From contig CBDBLO010000002.1 in the NCBI GenBank assembly GCA_965207075.1, positions 288,001 through 352,000 of the forward strand: DNA of 64,000 nucleotides. Direction: 5' to 3'. Shown one piece after another: positions 9,942-20,706 of the stretch; the first letter of the stretch is position 1; every line of letters begins with the position of its first letter. The stretch comes from Nitrosopumilus sp. (GTDB lineage: Archaea; Thermoproteota; Nitrososphaeria; Nitrososphaerales; Nitrosopumilaceae). The position numbers were made by a program, and so were the translations under genes. The notes under the pieces are model-generated. The model worked only from the letters and a program-made list of their open reading frames with translations. It was not told where the DNA came from and searched no databases.

Positions 9942-11180
9942 GTGAATGGCAACAACGGCGGTCCGTTCGAGCTGCTCCTGTCTGATCTTGAGGCGCACGC
10001 CACCGCGCGTGCGCACGACGACAGGGTGCGGGCCGTGGCAAAGACCCGGTTTGAGATGAGGCCGTCGGGGTTTGTAGGCATAAGGCCCGACCCGTCGCCT
10101 CCCAGAAGGACGGCCTTTGTCGACGGCGGCAACAGGGTACTGGCCGAGGCGCCGGATTACCTGATCGTGCTTAATCGAGTGTATTATTCAGTATTTCGGG
10201 GAGCCGAGAAGCTCGGACTGCGCGATCGCATGGAAGATGGCGGCCAATGCAACGGCCGCGACGGTGACGGTTTGACTAGGCAGAGGACGACGACATTCCT
10301 ATCGTGCGTGCTGCCGCACGCGGGCGATACTGCCGCACGCGGCGGCACGCGCGATGATGATGACAGCGATGGCAGTGACGATGGCAGTGACGGCAACTCA
10401 AGTCCCCCGGAACCGCTGAGATTCGACACCCGGATCTACCCGTACGGGCGAGGGTTCCTTGGGTGCCTTCCTGACAGGGACGAGCTCCTCTCAATCTCGG
10501 ACGGCAAGACCACGGCCCTTGACGGCTCCGCCCCGCTTGCCTCGCTTGCCCGGCGGCTTGCCGAGATCAGGCTCGCGACCCGGATAGCATCCGACGAGCT
10601 TGGACCCGGCGACATACTGGTCTTGGACGGCTCGCTTCAGACCTCGCTTGACGTCGAGAGGCAGTATGCCGGCAGGCTGTACGATACGGCGGCGAGGAGG
10701 GGCGTCATAGTATGCGGGCTTGCAAAGACCACCCGGCTGCTTACAGAGTCCGGCGAGCCGCTGCTGGCGCGCGTGTCGGAGATCGCCGCCAAGGCGGGGC
10801 ACGACCGGTGGTACGTACCCGTTGCCGAGGGGATGTTCGGTGACGGCCTGACCTCGATGCTTGCGGCAAAGCTCCACCCAAGGTCGCGGTTCGTATTCCG
10901 GGTTGACGTGCTGTGCAAGCAGTTTCGGGAGATGGACGGCGCCCAGCGAAACGCCGTGTTCTGGAGCCTGGCGGCCAACTCTGGCGACGTTGCGGCACTG
11001 GGGTATCCATACGGGCTGATCGACGCGGACAAGCACGCGCAGGTGCGCAAAAAGGAGGCCGCGATGTACAGGCGCTCCCTCTACTCCCGCATGGAGGGAC
11101 GTCCGGAGCGGCGGCGCGTGCTGGCGCGCCACCCTGATTCGATTATATTCCATGACATTCTCAACAGGGTGACCGGGTGA
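9942..11180 (+). CDS. nurA: NurA 5'-3' nuclease
   Basis: Motifs AFVDGGN, LVLDGSL, GLAKTT and GYPYGLIDADKHA; overlaps the herA start. Confidence 0.9.
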   Translation: MNGNNGGPFELLLSDLEAHATARAHDDRVRAVAKTRFEMRPSGFVGIRPDPSPPRRTAFVDGGNRVLAEAPDYLIVLNRVYYSVFRGAEKLGLRDRMEDGGQCNGRDGDGLTRQRTTTFLSCVLPHAGDTAARGGTRDDDDSDGSDDGSDGNSSPPEPLRFDTRIYPYGRGFLGCLPDRDELLSISDGKTTALDGSAPLASLARRLAEIRLATRIASDELGPGDILVLDGSLQTSLDVERQYAGRLYDTAARRGVIVCGLAKTTRLLTESGEPLLARVSEIAAKAGHDRWYVPVAEGMFGDGLTSMLAAKLHPRSRFVFRVDVLCKQFREMDGAQRNAVFWSLAANSGDVAALGYPYGLIDADKHAQVRKKEAAMYRRSLYSRMEGRPERRRVLARHPDSIIFHDILNRVTG

Positions 11181-12985
11181 TGAGGGGACGGGCCGGCAGT
11201 CTTGACGTGATGGGCCAGGTGATCGGGGGCGGGTTCGGCCAGATCCTGGTGCGGCAGAAGGCGGGCGCGACCCTGGAGATCGGCGACATACTGGTCCTGG
11301 AGGAGAGGGAGACGGGAGACAACCTTGTCCTGTCCGTCTTTGACCTGAGGTACGCGTCGCAGATAGACGACAAGATGCACGAGATGATATCGGGCGTGGC
11401 GCTCGAGGAGGAGGAGGAGGGGCAGCCTGGGGAATCCACGTTCTACGAGCCGGACATTGTAAACTATGTGATCGCAAGCATAAGGCCGCTTGCCCGGGTG
11501 GGGACGGCGCCCGACGGTGACGGGGACGTGCCTGTCAGCACCCCCAAGGCGCTGCCCCCGTTTCACAGCACGCTGAGGCCCGTCAGGAGGGAGGATCTGG
11601 CGTTTCTGGAGAAGAGGAACCAGGACGGCCTCTTTGTCGGAAGCATAAGGAGCGGCTCGGAGGTGATAGAGGACGCCAGGGTCATGCTTCCGGTCAGGGA
11701 CATATTCAAGCACCACGTGCTGATTCCTGCCACCACGGGCAGGGGCAAGTCCAACCTGGTAAAGTCGATGCTGTGGAACGTGATGGACTCGGGGACCAGG
11801 GTCGGGATCCTGGTGCTTGACGCCCACGACGAGTACTATGGCAAGACGGGCATGGGGCTCAAGAACCACGGCAGTGCGACGGACAGGCTGGTGTACTATA
11901 CCACGGAGCGCCGCACGCTGCCCGGGGCGCGCACGTTTTCGATAAACATCAGGGCCGTGGAGCCGCGCCACTTTGAGGGGATCGTAGAGTTCTCCGACGC
12001 GCAGCTGAGGGCCATACACGGGTTTTACGCCACGCACGGCGAGGACTGGATCGCGGCCATAATGGGGGCCGCCGGCCCCGGATATGACGCCGCCGCTGCA
12101 GCGGCCGAAGGCCCGCACGACCATAACGGCGGCGACGATTACGATGACGTCCTGAGGGAGGCCGGCGCCAACAACCATGACAGTAATGACAGCAGCAGCG
12201 ACGGCGGCAACAGCAAGGGCGGCAAGGGCAGCCGGGACGGCGACGGTCCGGCGCGCTCCACCATGTCAGTTGTGCGGCGCAAGCTGGAGATGACGCTTGA
12301 CATATACACAACGGGCAAGAAAAGCCGCACGATGCACTCCAGGAACGCCGTGTTTGATCCGGACACGAAGGGCGCCACCACCGTCCAGGACATCGTGCAC
12401 GACATGGAGTCCGGCAAGATAGTCGTGCTTGACACGTCGCAGCTTAACAGCGCGGCGGAGCTCGTGGTCGGAAACATAGTCGCGACGAGCCTACTTGAAA
12501 GGTACAAGTATTACAAGACCCAGGGCACGCTGAGCCAGAAGCCCGTCACGTCCATCGTAATCGAGGAGGCGCCCCGCGTGATAGGCGAGGACGTGCTTGC
12601 GTCAAAGAACGACAACATATACGCCACGATAGCGCGGGAGGGGCGCAAGTTCCAGGTGGGACTCGTGGCCGTAACGCAGCTTGCAAGCGTGATTCCAAAG
12701 TCCATACTGGCCAACATGAACACGAAGATCATACTGGGCAACGAGATGAAGCAGGAGCGGGAGGCCCTGATAGCGTCCGCGTCCCAGGACCTGTCAAGCG
12801 ACGACAAGAACATAGCGAGTCTGGACAGGGGCGAGGCCATCATAACCAGCATATTCGTCCCGTTCGCGATACCGATCAAGGTCCCAAAGTTCGAGGATCT
12901 GGCGGGTGGTGCGGGGGCGGCAGCGACGGATGCGGGGGCCACAGGGCGCGGCAACAACCAGCGGGTGAGGGTGTTCGGGCAGTGA
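11177..12985 (+). CDS. herA: HerA bipolar helicase/ATPase
   Basis: Walker A ATTGRGKS, LDAHDEY, Walker B IVIEEA and REGRKFQVGLVAVTQ. Confidence 0.95.
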   Translation: MMRGRAGSLDVMGQVIGGGFGQILVRQKAGATLEIGDILVLEERETGDNLVLSVFDLRYASQIDDKMHEMISGVALEEEEEGQPGESTFYEPDIVNYVIASIRPLARVGTAPDGDGDVPVSTPKALPPFHSTLRPVRREDLAFLEKRNQDGLFVGSIRSGSEVIEDARVMLPVRDIFKHHVLIPATTGRGKSNLVKSMLWNVMDSGTRVGILVLDAHDEYYGKTGMGLKNHGSATDRLVYYTTERRTLPGARTFSINIRAVEPRHFEGIVEFSDAQLRAIHGFYATHGEDWIAAIMGAAGPGYDAAAAAAEGPHDHNGGDDYDDVLREAGANNHDSNDSSSDGGNSKGGKGSRDGDGPARSTMSVVRRKLEMTLDIYTTGKKSRTMHSRNAVFDPDTKGATTVQDIVHDMESGKIVVLDTSQLNSAAELVVGNIVATSLLERYKYYKTQGTLSQKPVTSIVIEEAPRVIGEDVLASKNDNIYATIAREGRKFQVGLVAVTQLASVIPKSILANMNTKIILGNEMKQEREALIASASQDLSSDDKNIASLDRGEAIITSIFVPFAIPIKVPKFEDLAGGAGAAATDAGATGRGNNQRVRVFGQ

Positions 12986-14274
12986 AGTTTGCGCACTTTT
13001 CGGACATCCACCTGGGGTTCCAAAAGTCAAGGCCGCTCCAGGGCGTGGAGCAGGACGTCTTTGAGCGCGCGCTGGACGACTGCATAGAGCGCTCAGTCGA
13101 CTTTATCCTGGTATGCGGTGACACGTTCCACGTCAACATACCGGAGATGCGGGTGCAAAAGTTCACGTTCGCGGCACTGCGCAGGGTGCACGAGGCCGGC
13201 ATTCCCGTATACGCGATATACGGCAGCCACGACTTTTCCCCGTCGGCCACCTCCGTCATCGACCTGCTTGCGGAGACGGGCTACATCACAAACGTCCAAA
13301 GGCTCACGGGCAACGACGACGGCACCATGTCACTGGGGTTTGTCACGGACGAAAAGACGGGCGCAAAGCTTGCCGGCATCAGCGGGCTTGGCGCGTCAAA
13401 GGACATCACGTACTATGAAAAGCTCGACCGCGGCCCGCTGGAGGCAGAGCGGGGCCTCCGCATATTCATGTTCCACGGGCCGGTCTCCGAGATGCGCACG
13501 GCCGACGACGCGGCCCAGGCGGCGGACGCGGCCATGCCGCTGTCGTACATGCCACGGAATTTTGACTATTACGCGGGCGGCCACATACACAGGTTCCGCC
13601 ACGAGTCGTTTGAGGATTACCCGCACGTGGTGTATCCCGGAACGACGTTTGCCGGGTTCCACTCGGATCTGGAGGAGAATGCGCGCGGCGCCACGCGCGG
13701 GTACGTGCTGGCCGAGTTTGACGATACCGGCATCACGGACGTGCGGCAGATCGGGATAAAGAACTGCGAGTATGACATGATACGGGTAAACGCGACCCAC
13801 AAGACGTCGCATGCCGTAAGCGAGGAGATCGACCAGAAGCTTGCGGGCGTCGAGCCGGCCGACAAGGTAGTAATACTGAGCGTGTCAGGCAGGATGTCGG
13901 AGGGAAAGACCACAGACGTCGACTTTGCGGCCATATCGGGCAGCCTGCAGGGAAGGGGCGCAGTCGAGGTGAAGATCAGCAGGCGCCAGCTGTCCTCCGC
14001 CGAGTACGAGATAACGGAGTCAAAGGGGGAGACCGCCGAGGAGATTGCCGTAAACACCTTTGGGGAGAACATAGGCCAAGTCGACTCCGGGGCCGCGGGG
14101 CTGACCGGCAGGAATGGGGCGGAACTTGCAAAGAGGCTGCTTGACATACTGGGCAGGCCGGCCCTCGAGAACGAGCCGCTCACAGTCTACCGGGAGCGCG
14201 TGGCCGACGAGGCCGCGGCGGCGCTCGAGCTGGACGGAGAGGGGGGGAGAGAGGGAGGGGAGGAACAGGAATGA
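12982..14274 (+). CDS. mre11: DNA double-strand break repair nuclease Mre11
   Basis: Phosphoesterase motifs SDIHLG, GDTFH, GSHD, FHG and GGHIH. Confidence 0.95.
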   Translation: MKFAHFSDIHLGFQKSRPLQGVEQDVFERALDDCIERSVDFILVCGDTFHVNIPEMRVQKFTFAALRRVHEAGIPVYAIYGSHDFSPSATSVIDLLAETGYITNVQRLTGNDDGTMSLGFVTDEKTGAKLAGISGLGASKDITYYEKLDRGPLEAERGLRIFMFHGPVSEMRTADDAAQAADAAMPLSYMPRNFDYYAGGHIHRFRHESFEDYPHVVYPGTTFAGFHSDLEENARGATRGYVLAEFDDTGITDVRQIGIKNCEYDMIRVNATHKTSHAVSEEIDQKLAGVEPADKVVILSVSGRMSEGKTTDVDFAAISGSLQGRGAVEVKISRRQLSSAEYEITESKGETAEEIAVNTFGENIGQVDSGAAGLTGRNGAELAKRLLDILGRPALENEPLTVYRERVADEAAAALELDGEGGREGGEEQE

Positions 14275-16712
14275 TTCTCGACTCGCTCACGCTGACCAAC
14301 ATCCGGAGCCACCGCGACACCGAGATAAAGTTCCCTACGGGCATCACCATATTCAGCGGCGACATCGGCTCTGGCAAGTCCACCATACTGATGGGAATCG
14401 AGTTTGCACTGTTCGGCAGCGGATCCGTCAAGGGGGAGAGCCTTCTCTCAAAGGGCGCGGACTCCGGCGAGATAATGCTTACGTTCCACGTCGGCGACAC
14501 CAAGTACGAGGTGGGCAGGACGCTCAGACGGGCCCGCGGGAAGATCGCGCAGGACCCCAAGGGCTCGTACCTCCGCGCAGACAACGTGCTCGAGCCTCTC
14601 ACCACGAAGCAGCTGGACGGGCGCATCCTGGAGATCCTGAGGCTCAACGAGCCGTCCAGCTCCAACGCCAAGAGCCGCATATACCGGTATGCCGTGTTCA
14701 CCCCACAGGACGAGATGAAGTCCATACTGTGGGATACGGACAAGCGCCTCGAGACCATACGCAAGATATTCCGCATGGAAGAGTACCAGACGGCCGTGGA
14801 GAACGCGAATTTTCTCAGACAAAGGATGCGCGACGAGGCAAACAGACTGGAGGCAAAGTTCGAGGATCTGGGCGACAAGAGGTCGGAGCTTGCGGACACG
14901 GAGCGGAACATACGCGACATCACGGCCGAGATATCCGCCGGATCCGAGGCAGAACGAGACCTAGGGGTACTGGAGAAGACCGCAAGGGACGAGGTATCGC
15001 GGTACGAGGGCCGAATGGCCGATAAGAACGCGCTCGACGTAAGGTATGCCGGCATCCGCTCCCGGCTGGACGGGGAGGAGCACATGCGCGCGGAATGCAA
15101 GAGGAGGATGGAGGAGAACCGGAGCCGCATGGACTCTGTCAGGGCCGAGTCCGTCGAGATCTCAAGGATCCAGAGTCCCACGGGGCGCACCATGGAGCAG
15201 ATACGCGAGGAGATCGCGCGGTTCGAGGCGCTCGGCGAGGAGATCATAAGGACGCGCGCCGATGCCAGCTCGGTGGCCGGGCGGATCGACGCGCTGCGGG
15301 CAAAGCTGCAGGGGAGAACGGACGCGGGTGCCATAAGGGAGGAGGCCGACAGGTGCGAGTCGGAGCTTGGCTCGCGCACAAGAACGCTGGATGACATGCG
15401 CCGCGCGCGCGAGGACACCACCACCGCAAGGACGGCGGCCGCCGTCGAGGAGAACAGGCTGAACGAGGACGTTGCGTCGCTTCAAAAGCTCGGGGCAAGG
15501 TGCAGCCTGTGCGGACACAAGCTGACAAAGGAGCACATAGCCCGGCAGGGAGAGGAGAGGCGCGAGGCGATGGCCGCCGCCCGGTCAAGGAAGAGCGCGC
15601 TAGACGTAAAGTACGAGGCCGAATCCGACCGGATTCGGGACGCGGAGGCCGACGCGGAGAGGCTCAAAAGTACGCTGGCCTCGCTGCGGGTTATGATACC
15701 GGACGCGGAGGAGCACCGGCGGCTTGGCTCCGAACTGGCGCGGCTCCAGGCCAGCTTGAAGTCGCTTGACGCAAAGAACGTAGTGTCGCCGGAGCCAGGA
15801 TTCCCCGCCGACTCCGGCCGCACGCAGACGCCGGCCGAGTACCTCTCGGCGCTAAAGGACGCCCTTGTCGAGTACGAGAACAACACGAGGCGCGCGGCCG
15901 ACATCGCCGACGAGCTGGAGCGACTGGAGGCGGCCGACAAAAGCGACCGTACGGAGATGGAAGAGTCGCTGGAGCGCACGCGCGGCTTCGAGTCGGAGCT
16001 CAGCAGGGTCTCTGCAACACTCGAGTCATACAAGGGCGACGACGAGGCCGCGTCGGCCGCAAAGGCAAGACTCGACGACGCGCGCCAATCGCTTGCCGAC
16101 GTGCGCGAAAAGCTCGCCGTAAAAAAAGCGGACTTGGAGAACGCAAACCGGGCCGTGTCGCGGCTGGGGGCCGACGTTGCAGAGGCAGAGCGCCTTGAAG
16201 AAAGGCACGGGAGGTACACCGCCTGCATGAACTGGCTATCCGACTTTTTCACCCCCACCGTGTCCCAGATAGAGAAGACGGTCCTGCTGACACTGCAACG
16301 GACGTTCAACGAGTCGTACCGTACGTGGCATGCCAAGCTGATAGACGACCCGACAAAGGACTCCTACATAGACGAGGAGTTTGCGCCCATAGTGGAGCAG
16401 GACGGGTACGTGCAGAGCGTGGAGTATCTGAGCGGCGGCGAGAAGACAAGCGTGGCGCTCTCCTACCGGCTGGCCCTCAACCACATGGTGAGGAAGGAGG
16501 CCGGGGGCCTGGAGTCGAGCCTGCTGATACTCGACGAGCCTACAGACGGGCTCTCCAAGGGACAGCTGGGACACGTAAAGGAGCTGCTCGACGGGCTGAA
16601 CTCGGAGCAGATCATACTGGTCTCCCACGACGACGAGATGGTAGCGCACGCAGAGCACGTCTTCAAGATTGAAAAGTCGTCCGGGGCCACCGCGGTCAGA
16701 CAGATACAGTAG
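14271..16712 (+). CDS. rad50: DNA double-strand break repair ATPase Rad50
   Basis: Walker A GDIGSGKST, long coiled coil with CSLCG zinc hook, LSGGE, LILDEPT and VSHD. Confidence 0.96.
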   Translation: MILDSLTLTNIRSHRDTEIKFPTGITIFSGDIGSGKSTILMGIEFALFGSGSVKGESLLSKGADSGEIMLTFHVGDTKYEVGRTLRRARGKIAQDPKGSYLRADNVLEPLTTKQLDGRILEILRLNEPSSSNAKSRIYRYAVFTPQDEMKSILWDTDKRLETIRKIFRMEEYQTAVENANFLRQRMRDEANRLEAKFEDLGDKRSELADTERNIRDITAEISAGSEAERDLGVLEKTARDEVSRYEGRMADKNALDVRYAGIRSRLDGEEHMRAECKRRMEENRSRMDSVRAESVEISRIQSPTGRTMEQIREEIARFEALGEEIIRTRADASSVAGRIDALRAKLQGRTDAGAIREEADRCESELGSRTRTLDDMRRAREDTTTARTAAAVEENRLNEDVASLQKLGARCSLCGHKLTKEHIARQGEERREAMAAARSRKSALDVKYEAESDRIRDAEADAERLKSTLASLRVMIPDAEEHRRLGSELARLQASLKSLDAKNVVSPEPGFPADSGRTQTPAEYLSALKDALVEYENNTRRAADIADELERLEAADKSDRTEMEESLERTRGFESELSRVSATLESYKGDDEAASAAKARLDDARQSLADVREKLAVKKADLENANRAVSRLGADVAEAERLEERHGRYTACMNWLSDFFTPTVSQIEKTVLLTLQRTFNESYRTWHAKLIDDPTKDSYIDEEFAPIVEQDGYVQSVEYLSGGEKTSVALSYRLALNHMVRKEAGGLESSLLILDEPTDGLSKGQLGHVKELLDGLNSEQIILVSHDDEMVAHAEHVFKIEKSSGATAVRQIQ

Positions 16713-16767
16713 GCGTGCGGGCGCGGCCCCGCCGTCCGGCGGATTGCGCGCCGTGCCGACAACGCAG

Positions 16768-17814
16768 TCAGCTCTTTCTGATGTCGGTAAAGGGGGCGCC
16801 CAGAACAATCTTTCTTGCGTAAGCGGCGGCCTCCGTTACTGCGGATCCTACGGACTCGGTGTCGCGTCCTAGCAGCCTTGCCATCACCCCAGTGTTGCCG
16901 CTCATTACGGTGGCGCCGCCTGCAACTTCGCCGTGCCGGAGTATGATGTCGTCGATGCCCTTTTGCAGGACTTCCACGTATTTTTTTTCTGTAATAACGT
17001 ACAACGAGGATACGACGTCGTACTTTTCCATTATTCCAAACGACTTTATGTTCGGCGTTGATTTGTTTGCGGATTGTGACTGTAGATGCGATGTCTGTTT
17101 CGGGGTCGATGTTTGTGAGGATGACGATAAAGATGCTGTTCGCGGCGATGCTGCTGACGCTGCTGACGCTGATGGCTGCAAGGACACGATCCGCGGCTCC
17201 ATCCTTGCCGCATCCACAAACCTGAACCTCTCGTCCTGATCCGTGACGCGCATCCTCAGACTGCATGACTCGTACGCAAACGACTCGCCCATTCCGACGC
17301 GCCCGGGTGATACGGTCTCCGCGTACACCAGAGTTGCAGTCTCGTGCACGGACATGACCGCATCCTGCCGGAACCTGGATCCCGCGTACGGGATTATCTG
17401 GTCGGGCATGTACTCCAGATACGAGCTCTCGCCCAGCGACAGGCGAAGCGACGCCCGCGCCGCCGGCTTCTTTTCTGTACGCGCCGAGTCTCTTGTCCCG
17501 TATATCCTGGTGGCCCCCTGCGTCGTGATGTGGGCCCTCGCCCCGCCGCCCAGATCAAACCTCGTGACGTGCCTGTCGCCCTGGAGTATGCCGCCGGACG
17601 TGGACGTGACATATACGTACGCCATGTCTGGCAGGGATTGCTCACAGTAGAGCGCCCTCTGTACCGCCAGGGGCGGCTCTGCACGCTGGCCCGCAATTAT
17701 CGTCTTGGCGCCGTCATGGAGCAGCGACAGGTGCAGGCGCCCCTCCATGCCTGTCCTGTGGGGCGGTATGACGTCCGCGGCAGCCGCGGCCTCCGCCCCG
17801 GCCGCGGCCCCCAT
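16768..17814 (-). CDS. ureD: Urease accessory protein UreD
   Basis: Motifs SGGILQGD, ITTQGATRIY, LEYMPDQIIPY and PGRVGMGESF. The ATG overlaps the ureG stop (TGATG). Contains a Ser-rich insertion. Confidence 0.92.
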   Translation of the reverse strand: MGAAAGAEAAAAADVIPPHRTGMEGRLHLSLLHDGAKTIIAGQRAEPPLAVQRALYCEQSLPDMAYVYVTSTSGGILQGDRHVTRFDLGGGARAHITTQGATRIYGTRDSARTEKKPAARASLRLSLGESSYLEYMPDQIIPYAGSRFRQDAVMSVHETATLVYAETVSPGRVGMGESFAYESCSLRMRVTDQDERFRFVDAARMEPRIVSLQPSASAASAASPRTASLSSSSQTSTPKQTSHLQSQSANKSTPNIKSFGIMEKYDVVSSLYVITEKKYVEVLQKGIDDIILRHGEVAGGATVMSGNTGVMARLLGRDTESVGSAVTEAAAYARKIVLGAPFTDIRKS

Positions 17815-18488
17815 CACCGTTGTACTTCCCCCCCATTTTTGGCGCGGCTCTTCGGGGGAGCCCCGAACAGCAGGTTTCTTACTATCAGGTCCGCCACCTC
17901 CGGTACGCCCCGGTCGGTCATGCAGTTGACAAAGACAAACGGCTTTTCCGCGCCCCTGATTCTCAGGGCGTCTGATCTCATCACCTCCAGGTCCGCGCCC
18001 ACCATGGGCGCCAGGTCCGTCTTGTTTATCACAAGCAGGTCGCAGCTCGTTATTCCAAGCCCGCCCTTCCTTGGATACTTGTCGCCGCCGGCCACGTCTA
18101 CGATGTAGATGAAGTAGTCTGCAAGCAGCGGACTGAATGTGGTGGTTATGTTGTCGCCGCCGCTCTCTATTATTATGAGGTCCAGCTCGGGGTGCTCCCT
18201 TTCGATGTCCTCTATTACCGATATGTTCATTGACGGATCCTCCCTCACGGCCGTGTGCGGGCACCCGCCAGTCGCCAGCCCCACGACCAAGTTCTCCGGC
18301 AGCAGGCCGCGCTCCGTGGCCAGGTTGGATCTCATGCGGTCCGCGTCCTCCTTTGATATGACGTCGTTTGATATTATGCTCACGCTGTATCCGCGGCCCG
18401 CCAGCACGGGCACCACGCGCTCAATCAGCATGCTCTTTCCGGAGCCCACGGGCCCGCCTATTCCGATCCTAGGTATCCTCTCTGCCAT
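17814..18488 (-). CDS. ureG: Urease accessory GTPase UreG
   Basis: Motifs GGPVGSGKS, TGGCPHTAVRED, ESGGDN and NKTDL. Confidence 0.97.
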   Translation of the reverse strand: MAERIPRIGIGGPVGSGKSMLIERVVPVLAGRGYSVSIISNDVISKEDADRMRSNLATERGLLPENLVVGLATGGCPHTAVREDPSMNISVIEDIEREHPELDLIIIESGGDNITTTFSPLLADYFIYIVDVAGGDKYPRKGGLGITSCDLLVINKTDLAPMVGADLEVMRSDALRIRGAEKPFVFVNCMTDRGVPEVADLIVRNLLFGAPPKSRAKNGGEVQR

Positions 18489-18505
18489 ACCGCGCCGTCC
18501 TCCCG

Positions 18506-19240
18506 TCACGTAATGAACATTTTTGCATCCGTCCTCGCATGGGCCATCTGCAGCGCCTCGGCATGCGGGCAGAACTGCCACATCTCCGACACGTCCTTTG
18601 CAACCGACGACGCGGCGGCCTCCCGCATGACGGGCTTTAGCTCGTGGATTATCCCCTGCGCCTCAAAGTGATGTATCATTCCCAGCCGCAGCGCCGCGCC
18701 CACCATGTTTGAGACAAACCCGTACAGCATGATCAGCGCGGCCTTTTCTTTTCCGATCCCGAGCGCGCGGCAGCACACGCCCAGTGCGACCGGGTAGACC
18801 CCGGAGGCCCTCCCGTCATCTATGCACTCCATGTATCTTGCCAGGCGCGCGTCGCCGCAGAACCCTGCAACGCACCTGCACAGCTGCACTCCGGAGCGCA
18901 CGTACGCGTCCCTTGCCTCCCGCACCGTCTTTGCAGAGCAGCATGCGGCGTCTATCTCCTCTATGGCATCCGTGTCCTCGTGTGGCGCCGCGTCGTACGC
19001 GTTTGCAAGGGCCACGCAGTCTGCAACGCCGACCTGATGTGTGATCAGATCCCTGCACAGCGCCGACAGCTCCCGCGCGCCGGTTACCATCCCCCTGGCA
19101 AACATCAGCTCCAGCCCGCCCGATGACGCAAACATTCCGGTGGGAAACAGCGAGTCTGATATCTGCAGGGCGTCAAGATCGTCCGGTGCGCAGGCGCCGG
19201 GGCCGTCCCCCGCCGCCGCTTCCGCGTCACTGGTGCCCAT
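18506..19240 (-). CDS. ureF: Urease accessory protein UreF
   Basis: LQISDSLFPTGMFASSGGLE and C-terminal AHARTDAKMFIT. Confidence 0.94.
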   Translation of the reverse strand: MGTSDAEAAAGDGPGACAPDDLDALQISDSLFPTGMFASSGGLELMFARGMVTGARELSALCRDLITHQVGVADCVALANAYDAAPHEDTDAIEEIDAACCSAKTVREARDAYVRSGVQLCRCVAGFCGDARLARYMECIDDGRASGVYPVALGVCCRALGIGKEKAALIMLYGFVSNMVGAALRLGMIHHFEAQGIIHELKPVMREAAASSVAKDVSEMWQFCPHAEALQMAHARTDAKMFIT

Positions 19241-19793
19241 GCACGTCGGCCCCCGCATGCGGCACAAAGATCTCACTTGCAATCTTCAGTTCGACGCCGC
19301 CCCCCACCTGGCCGAGCAGCCTCTCAAACGTCTCTAGCTCCGAATCGTCCTGTATGGGAAACGACACGGTCCCTTCCTCCCCGTTGACCGAGATGGGGCG
19401 GTGCCTGTTCCCTATTACGTGGCCCATGACCAGGCATGGCTCAAAACAGTCGTCGGCAGACGGCATGCCATGGTTGTCCTCCGGATCCCAGTCCAGAAAC
19501 CTTGCCACTATGACCTTTTCGGGTGACTGCTGAATAATCAATGGGGGCCTCTTTGGGTTCTCGCTTTGCAGTATGTCCCCGTGGCGCAGCGTCCTGCCCC
19601 GGCTCAGGTTTATCCCCACCTCGGCCCCCGACTCTGTCCTTACAAGCTGCCTGCTCTTTGCCATGTCGGCCCTTGGCATCACCACTGTGTCAAACGATGC
19701 CCCGCCGCCCCCTGCGCGCCCTTTGTCGCCGCTGAGTTTTTTGCCGCCGTCGTTGAATTTGTTGCCAGCTATATCGGCGTAGACGTCCAGCAT
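19227..19793 (-). CDS. ureE: Urease accessory Ni chaperone UreE
   Basis: LRHGDIL, GHVIGNRHRP and C-terminal HAGADVHGH. Confidence 0.93.
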   Translation of the reverse strand: MLDVYADIAGNKFNDGGKKLSGDKGRAGGGGASFDTVVMPRADMAKSRQLVRTESGAEVGINLSRGRTLRHGDILQSENPKRPPLIIQQSPEKVIVARFLDWDPEDNHGMPSADDCFEPCLVMGHVIGNRHRPISVNGEEGTVSFPIQDDSELETFERLLGQVGGGVELKIASEIFVPHAGADVHGHQ

Positions 19794-19893
19794 GTCGTGA
19801 CTGGCCTGCGTGTTAAATTATACTTTGCCTGCGCCTCCGCACCGCTCGTCCTCCTCAATTATTAAATATGTCACGCACGTAGGTTCAATATTG
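19794..19893. promoter_or_regulatory. Divergent promoter region between ureE and ureA
   Basis: AT-rich TATA-like tracts near 19812-19822 and 19857-19869, each roughly 20-30 nt from the respective start codon. Confidence 0.55.
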
Positions 19894-20196
19894 ATGCTCA
19901 CGCCGCGGGAGATTGACAAGCTGCACGTGTTCCTTGCGGCCCAGCTTGCGATGCGCCGCAAGGAGCGCGGCCTGAAGCTCAACCATCCGGAGGCGGTCGC
20001 CGTAATCACGGATCACATACTGGAGGGCGCGCGCGACGGCAGGACCGTGCCCGAGCTGATGAGCTCGGGCAGAAGCGTGCTCTGCAAGGACGACGTGCTG
20101 CCGCAGGTTCCGGATCTGATACACTCGATACAGGTGGAGGCCACGTTTGACGACGGCACAAAGCTCGTGACCGTCCACGACCCGATAGCAAGGTGA
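19894..20196 (+). CDS. ureA: Urease subunit gamma
   Basis: [20 protein letters not shown] and [18 protein letters not shown]. Confidence 0.98.
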   Translation: MLTPREIDKLHVFLAAQLAMRRKERGLKLNHPEAVAVITDHILEGARDGRTVPELMSSGRSVLCKDDVLPQVPDLIHSIQVEATFDDGTKLVTVHDPIAR

Positions 20197-20331
20197 GGAT
20201 GCGTTGTTGTGCTTGCGTGGTGGAGACTGTGATGGTGGCAGGTGGTAATGGTGGCAGGTGATGATAATAATGATAATTACGACGACGACCACCAGGATCG
20301 CATTGAAAACCACGGGGGCGGAGGCCGGGCA

Positions 20332-20706
20332 GTGACCACACGCGAAATACCCGGCGAGTACATCATAGCCGGTGGCGACATCGTACTCAACCGGGACAGG
20401 GACACCGCGTCGGTGCAGGTCACGAACACGGGGGACCGCCCTGTGCAGGTCGGATCGCACGCCCACTTTTTTGAGGCAAACAGGGCCCTGTCCTTTGACC
20501 GGCAAAGGGCGTACGGGTTCCACCTGAACATTCCCGCCGGGACGTCCGTCCGGTTCGAGCCGGGCGACTCGCGCACAGTCAGCCTCGTCGCGTACGGCGG
20601 GGAGAGGACGGTGTACGGCTTTGGCGGGCTGGTGAACGGGCCGCTCGACCAGAAGAGGGACGAGGCCCTGCGCCTTGCTACAGAGAGGGGGTACAGGTCA
20701 CAGTGA
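20332..20706 (+). CDS. ureB: Urease subunit beta
   Basis: [24 protein letters not shown] and [15 protein letters not shown] at 20332 is preceded by GGAGG; the ORF stays open upstream to 20242. Confidence 0.97.
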   Translation: MTTREIPGEYIIAGGDIVLNRDRDTASVQVTNTGDRPVQVGSHAHFFEANRALSFDRQRAYGFHLNIPAGTSVRFEPGDSRTVSLVAYGGERTVYGFGGLVNGPLDQKRDEALRLATERGYRSQ

